Of a DNA stretch of 64,000 nucleotides, positions 57,970-64,000 are shown in pieces. How positions within the stretch are numbered: position 1 is the stretch's first letter; each line of letters starts with the position of its first letter. A program made the position numbers and the translations under genes. Source of the stretch: Peptococcia bacterium (GTDB lineage: Bacteria; Bacillota; Peptococcia; DRI-13; DTU073); contig JBMNJI010000005.1 in assembly GCA_050951585.1 (NCBI GenBank), forward strand, positions 16,206-80,205, written 5' to 3'. The notes under the pieces are model-generated. The model saw only the letters and a program-made list of their open reading frames with translations, did not search any database and was not told where the DNA came from.

Positions 57970-60949
57970 ATGAAGAAGAAAAGATTGCGGCATATTTCAC
58001 TGTTGCTGTTTTGTACATTTGTTATAAACTTGTGCCTTCCTTGTCTTTCGGTGCGGGGAGAAACGATCTCTTGGCCGGAGTCTTTTGGCGGAGGAGCACT
58101 CTTTAACAGAGCCGGGCTCCTTTAGTGATATAGGAGGACATTGGGCGGAAAAGGAGATCAAAGCCTGGACGGCGCGTGAGCTGGCGGGGGGCTACCCCGA
58201 TGGTACTTTTCGGCCGGACAGCCCCATTACCCGGGCCGAGTTTGTGACGCTGGTCAACCGGGCATTTGACTCTAGTAAAATGCTTGGTATGGATGAAATG
58301 GCGATTAGCCAAACCAGCGGCACTGCTGGCTTTCGTGATGTGGCGGCAACTGACTGGTATGCGCCCGAGTTTGCTAAAGCGGTGGCGATAGGCTATCTAA
58401 GTGGTTATCCGGACGGCACGGTGAAGCCGCAAAACCTGCTGACCCGGCAGGAAGCGGCGGTGCTTTTGGCGCGGATTATGCCGTCGGCCGGTTTGGCGAA
58501 AGATAATATATTTGTCGACCAGGCGCAAATACCGGAGTGGAGCGAAGCAGCCATAGCCGCGGCAGCAAACGGTGGCTACATGAAGGGGTATCCGGACGGC
58601 ACTTTTCAGCCTGCCAGACCGATTACCCGGGCGGAGGCGATCTCCCTCTTAGACCGTGCCGTCGGCACATTATCTAATCACAATAGACCTCTTGACGACG
58701 GTCAGTATACCCAGTCGAAAAAGAAAAAAAGCAATGATGTCAGTTTAAGTGACTTAACAATAAACGGAATTACCGTACCGGGCTTTGCGATCGATGTTTT
58801 GTCCTATGAGCTAGTATTGCCTTACGGCACGACCGATGCGGATCTGCCACAGGTGGCCGGGGTTGCCGCTACCGCGCATCATGCGAAAGCAAGAGTCACG
58901 GTGACACAAGCGGTCGGCTTAATGGCCCCGGATAATATCGCTACTGTACTGGTAACGGCGGAGAACGGCAGAACCCAGGTCTATACGGTGCTCTTTACTG
59001 TTGCGCCCAACACAGCCACTAGTCTGAGTGAATTTACGATCGGCGGCGAAGATATTTTAGCTTTACCGGGAGTGCTTACCGCAGCAGGGGCATTTTTGCC
59101 GGTAGCAGATTTTACTGATTTTGAAGGTATTGTTGTGGAAAGCACTGATCCGCATGCTGCGGTGACGGTTACTTTAGATGGGACTTTAATTGCGGAAGAA
59201 GCATTAGCCACGCAGGTGATCACGGCTAATAATGTCATTATCGTTACGGTAGTGGCTGAAGATGGAGTAACGACCGGAAATTATAAGGTAACGGCCGTGC
59301 AGGCTTATTGCGTGACCTATGACGGTAACGGCAGTACGAGCGGCAGTGTGCCAACCGACGGGAACGCTTACCAAGGAGGAGATACCGTAACGCTATCGGA
59401 GAACGTTGGTGCGCTTAGCAAGACGAACTATATCTTCGCCGGATGGCAAACCGCACAGGATGGCAGCGGGACAACTTACGAAGCGGGAGATACTTTCGAG
59501 CTGGGGGAAGCGAATGTGACCCTGTATGCCCGGTGGGTCATTGACAATAATTTTACCAATGAAAGCCGGACCGGAACAACGGCGACTTTCACCTGGACAG
59601 CGGCGGAAGGGGCGGACAGTGTTCAGATTCGGCAATCGGCAGACGGCGGGCAGACCTGGGAAGACGCTACCCATGCAGCCCTGCTTCCGACCGCCGAGAC
59701 CGTGGTAGTAACAGGGCTGAGTACCGGGACAGATTATCGCTTTAAGCTGCTTGTTACGGGTGGAGCTACTCCCGGCGAATCCCGCACAATAGAAGTAACA
59801 ACCGAGGAAGAACTAGTCTTTGGCGCGTCCTGGAATAGCAGTACAGGAGGTACGACAATGACACGGCTGGGGGACGCCGTTGGGGCAAACGGCAAAACAA
59901 CTCCGGCGCAAATCGGTAAATATTTTGATGATTTTGCCCCGTGGAGCGGGATGAGACTCTGCACGGTGTCCGATGGCGGGGTGATTACTTCTTATCTTGA
60001 CGAATTTGCTAATCCGGATGACTTTGATCGTTCTGGTGGTGCCGGGCAGGTGATGGTGCAAATACCGAAATTCTATTATAAGCATACTTATGAAAACGGA
60101 GTTCATGAATTTTGGGTGGCTGATAGTTCTGCAGAAGGCTACATTTTGCATCCGGCTTTTATGCGGGCCGGATCAGAAAGGGATTTTCTGCTTGTTGGGG
60201 CATACAAAGCGAGTTTGGGAAAAGCCGAAGACAATGTAACTGACACGATTGCTTCCCGTACGGGTACCTTTCCGGAGGTGTCGAAAACATTAAAAGAATT
60301 CCGGGATTATGCCACTGCCAGAGGTGATAACTGGACACAGATTGATGCCCTGACGAGAAATGCGATAGCGCTATTGTACCTGGTAGAATATGCGAACACG
60401 GATAGCGAAAATGCCATTGGTCGGGGGGTTGTAATCGCCAGCGAGCCTGTTGCCTGCGGGGGTTGTAATTACCTAAACGGGGCGTCCGGAAATGCAGCCG
60501 GCGATGTGGGAAAGAGGTCGGTAAGTTACCGTGGAATGGAAGACCTTTGGGGCAACTATTGGGAATTTATTGATGGAATAAACATTCGCGACTATTGTCC
60601 ATATGTTGCTGATAATAGCTTTAAAAGTAACGAGTTTGAAGGGGAATATCAGGAACTGTCCGTTAGTTTACCCAACGCTGACGGCTATATAACGGATTTT
60701 ATCTTTTCGCCGAAGGAAGAAGAAAACTGGTTCTTGCTGCCGTCTACGGTAGACTCAAACGATAAAACGCGTATACCGGATTATTATTATCAAAGTAGTG
60801 GTGAGAGAATCGTTCTGGCCGGTGGCCGTTGGAGCAGTGGGGGAACGGCCGGGATGTTTTCCTATACAATAAATGCCGTTTCAACTAGCAAGAATGATTA
60901 TTCGACGGCACGCATCCTATTCATACCTGAAAGTGAGTTGGAAAAGTAA
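57970..60949 (+). CDS. S-layer-anchored multidomain surface protein; frameshift between the signal peptide and the first SLH domain (~58045-58060)
   Basis: Signal peptide MKKKRLRHISLLLFCTFVINL.. in one frame. In the next frame: three SLH domains, cadherin-like beta-sandwich domains, a Listeria-Bacteroides-type repeat (YCVTYDGNGSTSGSVP..FAGW), FN3, and a ~370 aa C-terminal domain. Confidence 0.8.
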
Positions 60950-60953
60950 CACA

Positions 60954-60986
60954 AAATACCTCGGCTTAACAAGCCGGGGTATTTTC
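60954..60986 (+). terminator. Terminator after the SLH surface protein gene
   Basis: Stem AAATACCTCGGCTT / AAGCCGGGGTATTT followed by a T-run. Confidence 0.75.
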
Positions 60987-61011
60987 CGGATCAGGTTATT
61001 CATTATAGCGA

Positions 61012-61290
61012 TCAGCCATCCAACAAAAAATCTGTCAGTATAACAATTCTGATCCCATCCTGCGTCACCGGGTGCTCACAGTTACCGGCGATGACGAGCT
61101 TTTCGTAATTGTCCCTTATACTGCGGAGCGGGGCAAGCTCGCGCTCCCTGGTGGCGGGATCGTTCATAGCCGCGGCGCGAATAGCATAAACTCGCTGAAA
61201 AACAAAGTTTATGCTATCCATAGCACAAACATTCATATTTCGACTTTTACGGTAGGAAGCTGAAATCTCACAAAAGCCACTGCGGGACAC
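61012..61290 (-). pseudogene. C-terminal fragment of a DUF4143-family ATPase
   Basis: ..DPATRERELAPLRSIRDNYEKLVI..DGIRIVILTDFLL resembles the C-terminus of this family. There is no N-terminal ATPase part. Confidence 0.45.
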
Positions 61291-61387
61291 CCAGAGGAAG
61301 GGACATCGAGGACATATAAAGGGGCGCTTAACGAGATATGGCGGGTATTATTTGGTTAATATTCGGTTACTATTTGCGCAAATTTAT

Positions 61388-61416
61388 TTGACAACGACCG
61401 GATAAATGAGTAAGAT
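61388..61416 (+). promoter_or_regulatory. SigmaA-type promoter of the valS leader
   Basis: TTGACA, a 17-nt spacer, then TAAGAT. Confidence 0.5.
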
Positions 61417-61429
61417 ATAAGGCAGAAAT

Positions 61430-61760
61430 GCGCTTGCTTCAATTGTAGCATTACGAAGCGAGATATTGTGGAATCGTTCGAAGAAGGGAAGTAGTAGGCT
61501 ATAAATCCCTGCAGAGAGATAAGCCCTTGGCTGTGAGGCTTATCAGGGCTAGTTATAGTGCTCAGTCGTCCCGGAGGTGCGGTATTGAGTTCCCTTACCG
61601 GATGTACAAAGTCATATCTGGAAGTATTTAAGGGAATTAGATGCTGCCGGGTTTGCCCGTTACAGCAAAAAGCGAGAGTCCCCCATGGGGGAATTAAGGT
61701 GGTACCGCGGAACAGAATCCTTCCGTCCTTTTTTGGGATGGGAAGGATTTTTTATTCTAT
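61430..61760 (+). promoter_or_regulatory. T-box leader of valS
   Basis: GGGAAGTAGTA and AGAGAG stem I elements. T-box AAGGTGGTACCGCGG at 61696-61710. Terminator AATCCTTCC / GGAAGGATT plus a T-run. The candidate specifier is GUU-A at 61552-61555. Confidence 0.85.
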
Positions 61761-61834
61761 AGAAAGTTTTCTATAGAAAGTAGTTTTCTTTATTCGGAAA
61801 GGGAAAGATGTTTTCGGGGAAAGGATATGATGTT

Positions 61835-64000
61835 ATGGAAAACGAAAAAAGTTATCTAACAATTTATCTACCGTTTATGAACCGCAGAATGTGGAAGAAA
61901 AATGGTATCAGGTTTGGGAAAAAGAAGGTTATTTTATTGCCGGGGCTAATGAAGAGTTGCTGAAGAAAAAAGCGACCGGAGAGGCAGAGACTTTCTCTAT
62001 TGTGATGCCGCCGCCCAATGTGACCGGTTTTCTGCACCTGGGGCACGCCCTTGATAATACCTTGCAGGATATTCTGACCCGCTGGCGCCGGATGCAGGGT
62101 TACCATACTCTCTGGCTGCCGGGGACAGATCACGCCGGAATTGCCACGCAGGCCAAGGTGGAAGAGCAATTGGCCAAAGAAGGGCTTTCCAAGTACGATT
62201 TAGGAAGGGAGAAATTTCTGGACCGGGCTTGGGCATGGAAAAAGCAATATGGCGGCCGGATTACGCAGCAGCTCCGGAAGCTGGGCACTTCCTGTGACTG
62301 GTCGCGGGAAAGATTCACCATGGATGAAGGCTGTTCCGAGGCGGTGCGGGATGTTTTTGTCAGTCTCTACGAAAAAGGGCTTATCTATCAGGGTAATTAC
62401 ATCATTAACTGGTGCCCCAAATGCCAGACCACCATTTCCGATATCGAGGTGGAGCATGAAATCCATGCGGCGAAGATTTGGCATCTTCGTTATCCGGTGA
62501 TTGATGAGGCCGGGGAAAATACGGGCGAATACATTGTGGTGGCCACGACCCGGCCGGAAACGATGCTGGGTGATACGGCGGTAGCGGTTCATCCCGGGGA
62601 TGAACGCTACAAAGCGCTGGTGGGAAAGAAACTGCGTTTACCGCTGATGGGACGGATTATTCCGATTGTGGCCGATGATTATGTGGACCGGGAATTCGGT
62701 TCCGGGGCAGTGAAGATTACCCCTGCCCATGACCCCAATGATTTTGAGCTGGGCTTGCGGCATAATCTGGAGCAGATCACGGTAATTGACCGGAAGGGTT
62801 TCATGAATGAACAGGCCGGAGTCTATCAGGGGCTTGAGCGTCTCGAGGCCAGAGAACGGGTCGTAGCCGACCTTGAGGCCCAAGGTTTCCTGGTGAAAAT
62901 CGAAGACTACGAGCACTCGGTAGGGCAGTGCTATCGCTGTAATACGGTGATTGAGCCCTTGATTTCCAAGCAGTGGTTTGTGAAGATGAAACCGCTGGCC
63001 GAGCCGGCTATTCAGGCGGTACTGGACGGCCGGATCAAATTTGTGCCGGAGCGGTTTACGAAGATTTATCTGAACTGGCTGGAAAACATCCGGGATTGGT
63101 GCATCAGCCGGCAGCTGTGGTGGGGGCACCGGATTCCGGTCTGGTATTGTCAGGATTGTGGCGAGGTGATATGCAGCAAGGAAGATCCGGCTGAAATGCC
63201 CGCGTTGCGGCTCCGCCAAACTGGAGCGGGACACGGATGTGCTGGACACCTGGTTCAGTTCCGGTTTGTGGCCCTTTTCCACGCAGGGGTGGCCGGAGGA
63301 GACCGATACTTTGCGCTGTTATTACCCGACTTCTGTTTTGGTAACCGGGCGTGACATTATCTTCTTCTGGGTGGCCCGGATGATTTTCATGGGGCTGGAA
63401 TTTATGCCCGATGTACCCTTCCGCGAGGTCTTTATTCACGGGCTGGTCCTTGATGCGCAGGGTCGAAAGATGAGTAAATCCTTAGGAAACGGGATTGACC
63501 CCATTGAAGTGATTGAGCAATACGGGGCCGACACCTTGCGTTTTATGCTGATTACCGGAAATACGCCCGGTAATGATCTGCGCTTTCAAACGGAGCGGCT
63601 GGAGGCGACCCGTAATTTTGCCAATAAAATCTGGAATGCTTCCCGCTTTGCTTTAATGAACCTGGCGGATTATGAAGAGACGCCGGAAGGGGCGGCAGGC
63701 AACGGCGCGGGTAAAGATGCCTATACTTTGGCCGACCGCTGGATCAGGAGCCGTTTCAACCGCACGGCGGAAGAGGTGACCCGCCATCTGGAACGTTATG
63801 ACCTCGGGGAGGCGGCGCGGGTGATTTATGAATTTATCTGGAACGAATTCTGTGACTGGTATATTGAAATCGTCAAACCGCGTCTTTACGGGAAGGAATC
63901 CGCTGAAAGCAAGAGGACGGCCCAGGCGGTGCTGGCCAATACCTTGCGCGGGACGATGGAATTACTGCATCCTTTTATGCCCTTTATCACGGAAGAAATC
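61835..64000 (+). CDS. valS: Valine--tRNA ligase (3' end outside the window); two apparent frameshifts (~61845-61850 and ~63190)
   Basis: Adding one A to the A6 run gives [39 protein letters not shown] (HIGH) is present. After ~63190 another frame reads [28 protein letters not shown].. and contains KMSKS ([14 protein letters not shown]). Confidence 0.9.

Noticed and set aside
59800-61300. Possible diversity-generating retroelement target, given the C-type-lectin-like C-terminus of the SLH protein.
   Set aside because: No template-repeat copy of the 60800-60930 sequence was seen nearby. No reverse transcriptase gene lies in the adjacent sequence.

Overview
This window looks like chromosome from a Gram-positive Firmicute of class Clostridia. 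The evidence is SLH-anchored surface proteins, copper-amine-oxidase-type wall domains, T-box leaders, GGAGG ribosome-binding sites and roughly mid-40s % GC. The lineage call is inference only. Housekeeping blocks are a T-box-controlled COG2984 ABC transporter, rnhC, glnA, murF-like plus ddl, iorAB, fhs, an AlaA-family aminotransferase, lplA, a THUMP methyltransferase and T-box-controlled valS. These alternate with accessory and cell-surface genes. The most unusual region is 33.4-41 kb. It holds nine co-oriented genes: four TasA/camelysin-like beta-sandwich proteins with SipW-type signal peptides, and three proteins that keep only the signal peptide and N-terminal strand motif, two of which continue into long acidic low-complexity tails. 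The last two are a SipW-type signal peptidase fused to a ~270 aa polytopic membrane domain and a bitopic DUF5305-like protein. Other notable items: a ~1600 aa DnaQ-exonuclease/RecQ/UvrD triple fusion next to a Fic gene; a MACPF (perforin-like) protein with SLH-like repeats; and two paralogous beta-solenoid surface proteins. There are also tandem T-box leaders, and a GLUG-repeat adhesin gene flanked by DUF1294 copies. The 12.6-19.7 kb stretch is a run of decayed genes. Frameshifts are common and hit even valS and lplA, so part of the apparent pseudogenisation is probably sequencing or assembly indels. No rRNA, tRNA, CRISPR array, transposase or integrase was recognised.
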